Source of the DNA: Minisyncoccota bacterium
GTDB lineage: Bacteria > Patescibacteriota > Minisyncoccia > Phycocordibacterales > UBA2100
DNA length: 64,000 bases
Assembly: GCA_035500505.1 (NCBI GenBank)
Contig: DATJXE010000004.1
Coordinates: 126,977-190,976 of the forward strand
Direction of reading: 5' to 3'
Part shown: one piece after another, positions 19,257 to 27,109 of the stretch
Numbering within the stretch: position 1 is the stretch's first letter
Layout: each line of letters opens with the position of its first letter
Position numbers and translations under genes: made by a program
Notes under the pieces: model-generated
Database searches by the model: none
Seen by the model: only the letters and a program-made list of their open reading frames with translations
Told to the model about the DNA's origin: nothing

Positions 19257-20213
19257 TCAGACTTGCACAACAATTTTCCCCACCGTGCCCCCCGACTTCA
19301 GTGCCTTGAGTGCTGTTGGCAGATTTTCGAACGTTTCTATTCTTGAGATGACAGGTTTGCCAATGTTGAGTTCGGCTATCTTTCCCATGTACTCGCGCAT
19401 CTTATCCGCCTCCTCGAATAAATAGATGAGGTTGAAGGACGACACCGAGATGTTGTTGAAGTGGAACACGTCGACGCGCGGGCGCGTGAGATATTTCCAT
19501 GCGACCGATAGATATGGAATCCGGTTCCCCCGGGGCATGTAGTGCGCGAAACCATAGACGGCCATGCGGCCGCGCTTGCCGAGCGCGCGCAGACTTTCGC
19601 GGAAAAAGCGCCCGCCCGTGCATTCCATGACGACGCTGAGCGTGCGCCCGTCGAGCGCATTCTGCAAGTCGCGGCGAAAGTTACGGCTTCGAACGATGAC
19701 CTTGTCGTATCCTTCCCGTTCGCAGAAATCCACCTTCGAAGCACTTCCGACGAGCCCGATGGTAAAACAGACGAACTTCTTCGCGATGCGATTTGCCATG
19801 ATACCGACGCCTCCCGCAGCGCTGTGAATGAGGACTGTTTCGCCTTTCTGCAAATGGCATTGGTCTACGAGGCCGTAGTAGGCGGTAAGTGCGGCGACCG
19901 GAAAAGCGGCGCCCTCTTCGAAGCTCCAGTTTTCCGGAAGCGCAACCGCCAAGCGCGCATCGACGTTGAGTGCTGTCGCGTAAGCCCCGAAACGGGTTAC
20001 TCCCATAACGCGGTCCCCTACCTTGATGTACTCTACATTCGGACCGACCTTCTCAACGACCCCCGCAAATTCAAGCCCTGGAATGAACCGCTTCCAACCA
20101 GCGGCTGTGTAGAGACCGACGACGGCGAACGCATCGGCAAAGTTGAGTCCGATGGCTTTGACGGCGACCTGTACTTCCCCCGGTTTCGGATCGCTTAGTT
20201 CCTCCTCCAGCAT
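19257..20213 (-). CDS. zinc-type/quinone oxidoreductase of the MDR superfamily
   Basis: MLEEELSDPKPGEVQVAVKAIGLNFAD...GETVLIHSAAGGVG (Rossmann GxxGxxG) ...; ORF-track N-terminal extension to 20525 overlaps the upstream gene and is rejected. Confidence 0.75.
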   Translation of the reverse strand: MLEEELSDPKPGEVQVAVKAIGLNFADAFAVVGLYTAAGWKRFIPGLEFAGVVEKVGPNVEYIKVGDRVMGVTRFGAYATALNVDARLAVALPENWSFEEGAAFPVAALTAYYGLVDQCHLQKGETVLIHSAAGGVGIMANRIAKKFVCFTIGLVGSASKVDFCEREGYDKVIVRSRNFRRDLQNALDGRTLSVVMECTGGRFFRESLRALGKRGRMAVYGFAHYMPRGNRIPYLSVAWKYLTRPRVDVFHFNNISVSSFNLIYLFEEADKMREYMGKIAELNIGKPVISRIETFENLPTALKALKSGGTVGKIVVQV

Positions 20214-20265
20214 CCTGAGGTTCCGAATGTTGCCTGGTTTTGAGTAATATGCGCGCCTTCGCATA

Positions 20266-21159
20266 CTACCCGTCCAACAAACCGAGCCTATACACATCAA
20301 AGGAGTTCTCCCCTTCGAACATATCTGACGGATTCGGAAGGTAGAGCCGCGGGCGGGAAATTTCTTGCGTGGCATCGCGCAAGAGCCGGTGGAATAATTT
20401 GAACTCCTCGTCAATTTTGTTGAAATCGATGACGTAGCGCTTGAGCTGCGCGCTGCCGTCTTTGTTGCGGGATTTTTTGCACTCGTAGACGATGAACCGC
20501 CGCACCGGCTTTCCAAAATTCTCACGCACGACGTAGTAGTTGAAGAGCGCCTGCATGACGAAGAGCGTCTTCCCTGCCTTGTCCTTGCTGAAACTTTCGA
20601 CGAATTTATGGTCGATTATGTCGAGGCTCCCTGGTTCGACGCGGGATTCGACGACGAGATCGGAGACTGCCTTGATGGGAAGCGGCAGGCCCTCGACCTT
20701 CGCCATCGCAGAGAATTCTACACCGAGCACGTTGTGCTTGGGTGGTTTGGCAAGATAAAAATTGATGACTCGGAGGTAGTCGCTTTCCATTTTAGCTCGA
20801 AGTGCTTTCTGCGCCGCTTTCGACTTCGCCTTTCCGAAATTGATCTCGAAATCCGGGATCTTGCGGATGTATTCCAAACCGAGCTCTATCCCACCGTCTT
20901 TGGCTATGCCGCCATAAAAGTGCTGAAGTGCCAGGTGCGCGGCACTACCAACTATTGAGGACGGGTTCCTCGGCGTGTCGTATATCTTCTCGACATAGCG
21001 TTTGTACCACGCGAGCGGATTGCGCAGGAAAGCCATCAGAGATGAATGGCTCCAGTATTTGATGGGTAGCTTTTGCTTTTCGAGTGCCTGTTCCGCCTCT
21101 TTTTTCCATCTGTCGAGCGACGGTTTTGATATCGCCGTCTGTGGAGTTGCGCGCGCCAT
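20266..21159 (-). CDS. PD-(D/E)XK (RecB/Cas4-like) nuclease family protein
   Basis: N-terminal YWSHSSLMAFLRNPLAWYKRYV resembles the conserved start of PDDEXK_1 nucleases; IIDHKF and VYECKK candidate D/ExK motifs. Confidence 0.5.
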   Translation of the reverse strand: MARATPQTAISKPSLDRWKKEAEQALEKQKLPIKYWSHSSLMAFLRNPLAWYKRYVEKIYDTPRNPSSIVGSAAHLALQHFYGGIAKDGGIELGLEYIRKIPDFEINFGKAKSKAAQKALRAKMESDYLRVINFYLAKPPKHNVLGVEFSAMAKVEGLPLPIKAVSDLVVESRVEPGSLDIIDHKFVESFSKDKAGKTLFVMQALFNYYVVRENFGKPVRRFIVYECKKSRNKDGSAQLKRYVIDFNKIDEEFKLFHRLLRDATQEISRPRLYLPNPSDMFEGENSFDVYRLGLLDG

Positions 21160-21189
21160 GAGTCGAGTATATCATCGTGCGAACGCGTT

Positions 21190-21387
21190 TTGGGAACGCG
21201 TTCTACGGAGGGAAACTTGGATCGGAAAGGCAGCCTCTTTGGCTACGACCGCAACGAATACCGCACAGGGATCGAGATCGACCCCGAGGGCGTTTCCGAG
21301 CTGAAAAAACTCGGAAAGGACTTCGCGGTGGCCGTCGGCAAGCTCATTCGTGCGTGCGCGCACTTCGCGGCATTCATTCCGGTGTGA
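21190..21387 (+). CDS. small hypothetical protein (65 aa)
   Basis: ORF followed by a strong hairpin terminator; no motif. Confidence 0.3.
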   Translation: MGTRSTEGNLDRKGSLFGYDRNEYRTGIEIDPEGVSELKKLGKDFAVAVGKLIRACAHFAAFIPV

Positions 21388-21408
21388 CCCATCACGCCGC
21401 AATCGTGT

Positions 21409-21446
21409 GGCCCCGCCCGAGTACCTGGGCGGGGCCGGATCTTTTC
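21409..21446 (+). terminator. intrinsic terminator (GGCCCCGCCC-loop-GGGCGGGGCC + GGATCTTTTC)
   Basis: Perfect 10-bp inverted repeat followed by T-run. Confidence 0.5.
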
Positions 21447-21567
21447 ATGAGGCTATTCACAGAAAAGGCTTGACCTGAGCCACGATAGGGATAAAATCCT
21501 GCGAGCCGTTCCAGATAGTACGGATGCGTCGGCTGCAACTCTGACAATCAATCAATGGGGACTTGGA

Positions 21568-22155
21568 ATGAAGCCTGTCTTTCTTTCACTGGTCGGGCCG
21601 CAAGCAGGCACGACCCGCCTTTACGAAAAGCTCAAGTTCGCATGGCCCGCGACGTTTCCCGACCGGACATGCGAGTTCCTCGGGGATCCGCTCGCCGAAC
21701 ACTGGGAGAAGATGAAGATCGGAGACAAGCGCAAGCGCGACTTCCCTCCGATGGCTCGCTTGTGTTTCCGGTGGGGCTTCTTCTACGCGTACAACGAAAG
21801 GGTCGTGGGTCCCGCCTTCAAGCGGGGGGTCGACGTTATTCTCGTACGCCAGTTCGGCTTCGACGTCTATGCGGGGGCAGTGGTGCACAACGACTGTGAA
21901 CGGTCGTTGTCGCTCCACATGGCTCTCGTTCCGTTCGGTGTCTACGATCTTGAACTTTGCGCTCCTCTGTACGTGTTCACCGAAGAGCTCGACGACCGGA
22001 CGCGGCTCAATCACGACCGGTATTTCGCCCCGGGTAATGGCCAGCGTTCTTGCCGAATAAATCCCGCGCTTTCCGACAACGACAAGGTCGCAGCCCTGAC
22101 GGACATCGCAAGGGCGGAGCTTGCCCGTCGGGAAGAAACAGCGGTCGCTGCGTAA
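21568..22155 (+). CDS. thymidylate-kinase-like P-loop protein with degenerate Walker A (GPQAGTT, no Lys)
   Basis: SLVGPQAGTTRLYEKL aligns with Tmk GIDGAGKTTQ...L; DRYF segment aligns with the Tmk DRY motif; upstream TTGACC-N17-TAAAAT promoter-like sequence. Confidence 0.4.
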   Translation: MKPVFLSLVGPQAGTTRLYEKLKFAWPATFPDRTCEFLGDPLAEHWEKMKIGDKRKRDFPPMARLCFRWGFFYAYNERVVGPAFKRGVDVILVRQFGFDVYAGAVVHNDCERSLSLHMALVPFGVYDLELCAPLYVFTEELDDRTRLNHDRYFAPGNGQRSCRINPALSDNDKVAALTDIARAELARREETAVAA

Positions 22156-22224
22156 CTGTCCGCCTGCTCTGTCCACATACGATACGCGGGACCTCCGGGT
22201 CCCGCGTATTTCTTTTTCAGATCG

Positions 22225-23295
22225 TTATCGCGACAATTTCCCTTTTGAGATCACGTGGAGGGCTCTCGTGTTGAGGTCGACCGTGCCCGCAAGGATCTGG
22301 AGCTTCTTCATGATCTTCGGCACGCGCTCGCGCAACACGCGCTCGCTCTCGCGCGCGAGGAACAGCGTTTTCTCTATCGCAACGCCCTGGTCGGCGCCGA
22401 TGGTGCGGAACGGGGCGCACAGGAGCAACAGCGCTCCGTCTTTTTCGGGGATGCGCTTCGCTTTCATGTTCCCGAGAACGATGTTCCCCGCAACCGCGAT
22501 GGCGTCCTCCCAACGCGGGTCGTACGGCCCGATGATGAGCGCACGATTCGGCACGTGGAGCCAGTCGAATCCTCGCCCGACCGCGATGATCTGCTCTTTG
22601 TGTTCCAGGTCAACGACCGGTGGCTTTTTCGCGCGTACTTCGGCAACATACTTCTGGTTGCCTTGGATGAGCGGTAGGAGGTCTTCGATGATGCGGTCGG
22701 GCATTTCGGGGTACATGTGCCGCAATTGGGTGTGGATGTTTTCGGCGCTCGCATCAATGTGTTCGGCAACGTCGAACGTCTGTGCGCCTTCGCTGTGGAA
22801 GATGAGTCCCCCCTCATCCGTTTCTATGCCGACGACGAGCGGAAACACGGCGATGTGGTTCCCGCCAAAAGCGAATTTGAATTGGTCGCGCAGCTTTTTC
22901 GCGCCCTTTTTCGCGGCGTTGGTGTCATATCCGTATCCCGCGCAGCCGCGGTGTTTATCTCCCTTCGAGAAATGGTAGGTCGAGAGCACGATGGTCGGGC
23001 GACCTTTGGAAACGGCATATTCGATATCTTCGAGCATGAGCCGGCCGAAAAAGGGCCAACCGAGGTCGAATTTGCCGCCGATGTTGCGGTAAGGCTTGAT
23101 GATGCCCTGCGGGGTGTTGGTCGTGAGTGCGAGGTTGAGCCTTCCGTCCATGCATTTCAGCGCAAGGATCTCGCTCGGGTGCTGGGCACGATACAAGCGC
23201 CGCGCGAGCTGAGCGCCCGGCGTGCAGAATTCGGCGCTCTGCTTTTTGTTGCGCTCCAAAATAAATTGCGTCAAATTTTGCCTCTTTTGAGCCAT
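22225..23295 (-). CDS. hypothetical protein with beta-carbonic-anhydrase-like CxDxR / HxxC motifs
   Basis: LKCMDGRLN (C-x-D-x-R) and HRGCAGYG (H-x-x-C) about 70 residues apart; ATG at 23295 preceded by A-rich region; ORF-track upstream extension rejected. Confidence 0.4.
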   Translation of the reverse strand: MAQKRQNLTQFILERNKKQSAEFCTPGAQLARRLYRAQHPSEILALKCMDGRLNLALTTNTPQGIIKPYRNIGGKFDLGWPFFGRLMLEDIEYAVSKGRPTIVLSTYHFSKGDKHRGCAGYGYDTNAAKKGAKKLRDQFKFAFGGNHIAVFPLVVGIETDEGGLIFHSEGAQTFDVAEHIDASAENIHTQLRHMYPEMPDRIIEDLLPLIQGNQKYVAEVRAKKPPVVDLEHKEQIIAVGRGFDWLHVPNRALIIGPYDPRWEDAIAVAGNIVLGNMKAKRIPEKDGALLLLCAPFRTIGADQGVAIEKTLFLARESERVLRERVPKIMKKLQILAGTVDLNTRALHVISKGKLSR

Positions 23296-23352
23296 GGTCC
23301 GCGATATCCTACTACACTGGAAAGCCCACGACAATATGGTATCCTCATCGGT

Positions 23353-23922
23353 ATGAAAACTTCTAACATCATTTGGGCGATTATCGTGGTCATCATTTTG
23401 GTCGGTGGCTGGTACATTTGGATGCAAAGTTCGGTGCCTGCACCGACTTCGAATACGAACGGTCCTTCGACCGCGCTCGGACTCAACGGCTCTCCCAACC
23501 AGGGCAACCTGGGCCAGCCCGACAACGGCCAGGTGCAGCAACCCTCCACTTCGACCTCCTCGACGGGCGATGGTTCCGCCATCAGCGACAACCTAACCCT
23601 CGGCGTCGACTCAAAAGCATCCGTCGGCACCTACCTCATCGCCTACAACGGCATGACGCTCTACACCTATTCGGGCGATTCTGCCGGAGTCTCCAACTGC
23701 ACCGGAAGCTGCGCCGTGAACTGGCCACCCTACACCGTGCCGGCCGGTATGCACCTCAACTTGCAGGCGGGCGTGACGGGAGCCGCGAGCACCATCACTC
23801 GCGCCGACGGCACCACCCAGGTGACCTACAAAGGCATGCCGCTCTACTTCTTCGTTGGTGACACAACCTCTGGCGCAGTGACCGGGGACGGTGAAGGAGG
23901 TTTTTCCGTAGCGAAACCCTAG
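23353..23922 (+). CDS. secreted lipoprotein-like protein with tandem Yx(FWY)xxD motifs (COG4315-like)
   Basis: N-terminal TM IIWAIIVVIILVGGWYIW; two copies of the motif (LYTYSGD, LYFFVGD). Confidence 0.65.
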   Translation: MKTSNIIWAIIVVIILVGGWYIWMQSSVPAPTSNTNGPSTALGLNGSPNQGNLGQPDNGQVQQPSTSTSSTGDGSAISDNLTLGVDSKASVGTYLIAYNGMTLYTYSGDSAGVSNCTGSCAVNWPPYTVPAGMHLNLQAGVTGAASTITRADGTTQVTYKGMPLYFFVGDTTSGAVTGDGEGGFSVAKP

Positions 23923-24006
23923 TTTTTCGGGAATTCTCGACGAGTGCTCCCCTCGCTGGGGAGTAATGGAAAAGGCGTTCGAACGTCTTCATGAGGTTAG
24001 GAGCTA

Positions 24007-24333
24007 ATGCTTATATCTATGCTTTTTTCTTTCATCATCGGGATTATCCTCGGAGCGATCGCGGTCATATTTGCATTCCAGAATGTCGCGGTCGTGACGG
24101 TTAGTTTCTTCACGTGGCAACTCACCGGTTCTTTGGCGATCGTTATTCTCGGCACGCTTCTGTGCGGCATCGTGCTCACCCTCCTCTTTCTCCTGCCGAG
24201 CGTCATTCGCGATGAGTTCTACCTCGCGACCATCAAACGCCAAAAGCGCGAGGCCGAGGATGAACTCGCGCGCATCAAGAATTCTCCCGCTCCCGCGTCC
24301 GTTTCTTCGACCACGGCGGTTGTAACCCCCTAA
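24007..24333 (+). CDS. LapA/DUF1049-like small inner-membrane protein
   Basis: Two TM helices followed by charged helical tail KRQKREAEDELARIK. Confidence 0.45.
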   Translation: MLISMLFSFIIGIILGAIAVIFAFQNVAVVTVSFFTWQLTGSLAIVILGTLLCGIVLTLLFLLPSVIRDEFYLATIKRQKREAEDELARIKNSPAPASVSSTTAVVTP

Positions 24334-24392
24334 GTTTGGACAACTCGGTCCGATAGGCGTAGGATTTCTACAGCGAATTCTGGCGGGAGAAA

Positions 24393-24851
24393 GTGCCCGT
24401 CGTCGTAGCAATGGGAATGCCCATGTCGAATCCGATGAAGAGAGTCTATGTTCTTTTCGTGGGGATGAGCCTGCCTGCGTTCGGGAATGAAGACCGAAAA
24501 CTCCGCCAAGCGCTGCTTGCAGAAGACAAGTGCTGGGCGCTCGTCACAGTGCCTGGGATAACGGTGCAAGAGGCTGCGATTCGCGCCAGCACAAGCGCGA
24601 ACCTTGATATTGTATTCATCTCAAACCAGGTCGAGTATTCGATATATTCACTCGCCGAGGGCTGTAAGGAACTTGCCGAGAAGTTGGCAAAGCGATCAAG
24701 CCCGCCCTGGGTCTGCTTCGACAAGCGCTGGCTCTACTCTCTGGCAGCGAGCTTCCGGACCAACGGGCTTACCATCTGTGAAGGAAGACTTGAGGAAATT
24801 ATCCGGAGACGGTGGGAGCATCAACGTCGAAAGGTGCATCATGTCGGTTAG
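24393..24851 (+). CDS. hypothetical protein (152 aa)
   Basis: ORF with several Cys; stop overlaps next start (ATGTCGGTTAG). Confidence 0.35.
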   Translation: MPVVVAMGMPMSNPMKRVYVLFVGMSLPAFGNEDRKLRQALLAEDKCWALVTVPGITVQEAAIRASTSANLDIVFISNQVEYSIYSLAEGCKELAEKLAKRSSPPWVCFDKRWLYSLAASFRTNGLTICEGRLEEIIRRRWEHQRRKVHHVG

Positions 24852-24984
24852 AGACAGAATAAGAACGCTGCTCGATAATCGCCTCTTGAACCTCTTGGCC
24901 TGCGGCATCGGTCTCGCGGTCGCGATCGGAGCACTCGGGCTTCTTGGGGGCCAGCTGCGCTTGCCCACTTTCCCGTTCGGCTGA
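24840..24984 (+). CDS. 48-aa single-TM peptide
   Basis: MSVRDRIRTLLDNRLLNLLACGIGLAVAIGALGLLGG; translationally coupled to preceding ORF. Confidence 0.3.
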
Positions 24985-25005
24985 GCCGAACCCAGCATCA
25001 TCAAT

Positions 25006-25040
25006 CCGGCCGGAGCCTCGCGCTCCGGCCGTTTGATTTT
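25006..25040 (+). terminator. cassette module A: GC hairpin (CCGGCCGGAGC-loop-GCTCCGGCCG) + TTTGATTTT
   Basis: First of five related hairpin+T-run elements; stem flanks CGGCCG conserved, inner stem GGAGC/GCTCC. Confidence 0.6.
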
Positions 25041-25061
25041 GGGAACTGCGAGGTATAGCAT
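25033..25061 (+). promoter_or_regulatory. cassette promoter A: TTGATT-N15-TATAGCAT (sigma70-like -35 / extended -10)
   Basis: Identical spacing and near-identical sequence in copies B and C; GGAGG RBS 8 nt before ATG 25082. Confidence 0.5.
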
Positions 25062-25081
25062 TCCAGGCAGGAGGTGCCGCC

Positions 25082-25276
25082 ATGAGCAAGAGTATTCTTG
25101 GGACGTTCTTCGCCCGCCTCACATCGCGAGAACCGCCGTTCTGCGTTGAATGTGGGAGCACCGACATGGAGCTCGTTGACAAGGTCCTTGTCTGCAAACT
25201 CTGCGCCAACAGGCAGGCCAACGCTGCGGCCGACCGCCGCATCCTGCCCGAACTCGACACGTTCTCCGGGCACTAA
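25082..25276 (+). CDS. 64-aa zinc-ribbon protein (CxxC-N16-CxxC)
   Basis: FCVECGST...LVCKLCAN; first gene of cassette A. Confidence 0.5.
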   Translation: MSKSILGTFFARLTSREPPFCVECGSTDMELVDKVLVCKLCANRQANAAADRRILPELDTFSGH

Positions 25277-25287
25277 CGGAGGGGAAA

Positions 25288-25530
25288 ATGACACACTATG
25301 CTCCCGATCCGCACCACTCCTCGGCAACGGCAAGGGAGGTTGTCCGGGTCGTTCTCATCGCCTTCGCGGTCCTTTACATTTACATGGCGTTCAAGGGCCT
25401 GCCTCACTGGCCGGTCCTGGAAGAGAACGCGCTCACGCCTCGCGAACAGTATATCCTCGGAGGACTCGGCGTCGTCTGCGCCGCTCTGGCCGCCACCTGG
25501 TCCTGGATATGGCCGACCGGGGACGAGTGA
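25288..25530 (+). CDS. 80-aa 2-TM miniprotein
   Basis: GGAGGGGAAA RBS; helices VVRVVLIAFAVLYIYMAF and ILGGLGVVCAALAATWSWIW; 12 nt after previous stop. Confidence 0.5.
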   Translation: MTHYAPDPHHSSATAREVVRVVLIAFAVLYIYMAFKGLPHWPVLEENALTPREQYILGGLGVVCAALAATWSWIWPTGDE

Positions 25531-25556
25531 GTAGTTCGTCTCCGAATGATACCGAA

Positions 25557-25587
25557 CGGCCGGCAATTTGCTGGCCGTTTGATTTTG
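25557..25587 (+). terminator. cassette module B hairpin (CGGCCGGC-AATTT-GCTGGCCG) + TTTGATTTTG
   Basis: Same flanks as A with different, compensatory inner stem. Confidence 0.6.
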
Positions 25588-25607
25588 TGGGCCAGGAGGT
25601 ATAGCAT
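25579..25607 (+). promoter_or_regulatory. cassette promoter B: TTGATT-N15-TATAGCAT
   Basis: Copy of promoter A; GGAGGA RBS before ATG 25631. Confidence 0.5.
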
Positions 25608-25630
25608 CCCGACAGTTGGGAGGATCCGCC

Positions 25631-26098
25631 ATGAAACGCATCTTTCGAAGGGTGCTGCGCCCTTTGCGCATCCCCCTCAAACTGCTCAAACTTTTCGTCC
25701 TGCTAGTCGTCATGCCCCTATTGGGATCTGTCTGCTTCTACGCAAGATTCTTCAGCCACGAGAAACTGACTGACTACGGATACTGGTTCTTGCCCGGCGT
25801 CGTATTGGCTTGCATCGCTTTCCCTGTATGGTCCTGGTTCTTCGGGACGATGCGGAATGATCTGAAAATTATCGGCCGATTCCTGAACGAGAAGCCGAAC
25901 GGGAAGTATCCGGAGCGCTCGAACGGCATCGTCCTTGCAGGGCTCATCGTTTTTTCGTTTTTGTTCCTGGGTGGCGCCCTGGAATTGGTGAAGCACAATC
26001 CCGAAAAGATGTCGTACGTATTCGCAGCCATGCTCGTACTTGCCGGCGCCCTTCTCGTCCTGACATTTGCTCACGGACACCTGCGCGGCAAGCTCTAG
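25631..26098 (+). CDS. 155-aa 4-TM membrane miniprotein
   Basis: ATG 25631 with GGAGGA RBS (ORF-track TTG 25616 rejected); four hydrophobic helices. Confidence 0.55.
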   Translation: MKRIFRRVLRPLRIPLKLLKLFVLLVVMPLLGSVCFYARFFSHEKLTDYGYWFLPGVVLACIAFPVWSWFFGTMRNDLKIIGRFLNEKPNGKYPERSNGIVLAGLIVFSFLFLGGALELVKHNPEKMSYVFAAMLVLAGALLVLTFAHGHLRGKL

Positions 26099-26116
26099 CT
26101 TGCGATGACAGTCGAA

Positions 26117-26148
26117 ACGGCCGGGTTCTCCCCCGGCCGTTTGATTTT
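26117..26148 (+). terminator. cassette module C hairpin (ACGGCCGGG-TTCTCC-CCCGGCCGT) + TTGATTTTG
   Basis: Third copy of the element. Confidence 0.6.
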
Positions 26149-26168
26149 GTGAAGAGAGCGTATAGGAT
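26141..26168 (+). promoter_or_regulatory. cassette promoter C: TTGATT-N14-TATAGGAT
   Basis: Slightly diverged copy; GAGAGGA RBS before ATG 26191. Confidence 0.45.
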
Positions 26169-26190
26169 GATTGCAGATTGAGAGGACACA

Positions 26191-26574
26191 ATGACATCAG
26201 ACACAGACGACGCCCCCGACCTTGATTACTTCGCTTCGCTGGCAGTTGATCGTTTTTATAGGAACTGTTGGCGTATAACGAACAGCTTCTTCTACGGATT
26301 CGGCATCTACAGCGCGATAATCCTCTTGCTCGAGGTGCCGGGCGCTGGAACCACATGGTTTTGGCTGGGCGCCGGCCTTGCCGCGCTCCTCGATATACAA
26401 TGGTCGGTCTACGTTCACTTCTTCATTCGCCTGCAGCGCGGTACCTTCGGCATCAGACCGGACGAGGCGGATATGATCGGCCGTGCGATCGACAAGTGGC
26501 GTGACGAACGAGGATTGGAGAATCAACGCGAGGCCTATCGCCAAGAGTTATGGGAGATCTTTCGCCTCCAATGA
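26191..26574 (+). CDS. 127-aa 2-TM miniprotein
   Basis: Trp/Phe-rich helices FFYGFGIYSAIILLLEV and TTWFWLGAGLAALLDIQW; charged C-tail. Confidence 0.5.
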   Translation: MTSDTDDAPDLDYFASLAVDRFYRNCWRITNSFFYGFGIYSAIILLLEVPGAGTTWFWLGAGLAALLDIQWSVYVHFFIRLQRGTFGIRPDEADMIGRAIDKWRDERGLENQREAYRQELWEIFRLQ

Positions 26575-26597
26575 ACGAAAGAACTTGGAGAATGTCC

Positions 26598-26744
26598 ATG
26601 AGCGATACGATGATGAGACTATTGTTCTACACTTCGCCCGCCCTTGTTGCACTGCCGCTCCTGATCGTCTGGGGCGTTCGTGCAGTCCGGGAATTCAAAC
26701 GAAGCTGGAACTGGTTCTGGTGCAAAAGAGAGGCGCGACAATGA
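26598..26744 (+). CDS. 49-aa 1-TM peptide
   Basis: GGAGAA RBS 7 nt before ATG 26598; MSDTMMRLLFYTSPALVALPLLIVWGV; stop overlaps next start (ATGA). Confidence 0.35.
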   Translation: MSDTMMRLLFYTSPALVALPLLIVWGVRAVREFKRSWNWFWCKREARQ

Positions 26745-26938
26745 TCAGCCGCCGCGGCGTGACGAAGGGTATCCTCATCGTATTGTTCGTCCTTATCGTG
26801 GCCTCTTGTATCGTGGGTGTCGTCGTACTCGATCCGTGGACGATGGACGTGAGGCCCCTGGAACCGGTCAGACTAATCTTCGGGCTAATGTTCTTCGGCC
26901 TCGGCTTAGGTGGCATCAAGTCGATATTCGAGGCCTGA
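26741..26938 (+). CDS. 65-aa 2-TM miniprotein
   Basis: ILIVLFVLIVASCIVGVVVL and LIFGLMFFGLGLGGI; translationally coupled to preceding peptide. Confidence 0.4.
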   Translation: MISRRGVTKGILIVLFVLIVASCIVGVVVLDPWTMDVRPLEPVRLIFGLMFFGLGLGGIKSIFEA

Positions 26939-26957
26939 AAAGGCGGGCAACATGAAA

Positions 26958-26988
26958 ACGGCCGAGACACCTCGGCCGTTTTGCTTGC
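26958..26988 (+). terminator. cassette module D hairpin (ACGGCCGAG-ACAC-CTCGGCCGT) + TTTTGCTTG, followed by second hairpin CCTCCC...GGGAGG
   Basis: Fourth copy, inner stem again compensatory. Confidence 0.55.
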
Positions 26989-27011
26989 CTCCCCGCCTCG
27001 GGTGGGAGGCT

Positions 27012-27039
27012 TGGACAATACAGAACCCTGATATAGCAT
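27012..27039 (+). promoter_or_regulatory. cassette promoter D: TTGGAC-N14-TATAGCAT
   Basis: TATAGCAT octamer identical to A/B. Confidence 0.4.
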
Positions 27040-27109
27040 TCCTAGAGGAAATTTGAGCTTGAGCCCGAAACCTTGCGCGTTCTCGAAGTTGCCTGACAAG
27101 GGGAAAACC

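Noticed and set aside
19542-21304. Plus-strand ORFs 19542..20198, 20608..20958, 21002..21304
   Set aside because: Antisense to the oxidoreductase and nuclease genes; no RBS or motifs.
22717-23352. N-terminal two-thirds of the 401-aa plus-strand ORF 22717..23922
   Set aside because: Antisense to the minus-strand gene 22225..23295; only the 23353..23922 portion has a signal peptide, RBS-compatible start and COG4315 motifs.
26483-26938. 151-aa ORF spanning 26483..26938 and TTG-start ORF 27053..27379
   Set aside because: The long frame starts inside the previous gene and ignores two well-placed RBS/ATG starts (26598, 26741); the TTG at 27053 has an RBS only 2-3 nt away, whereas ATG 27110 has a properly spaced AAGGGGA.
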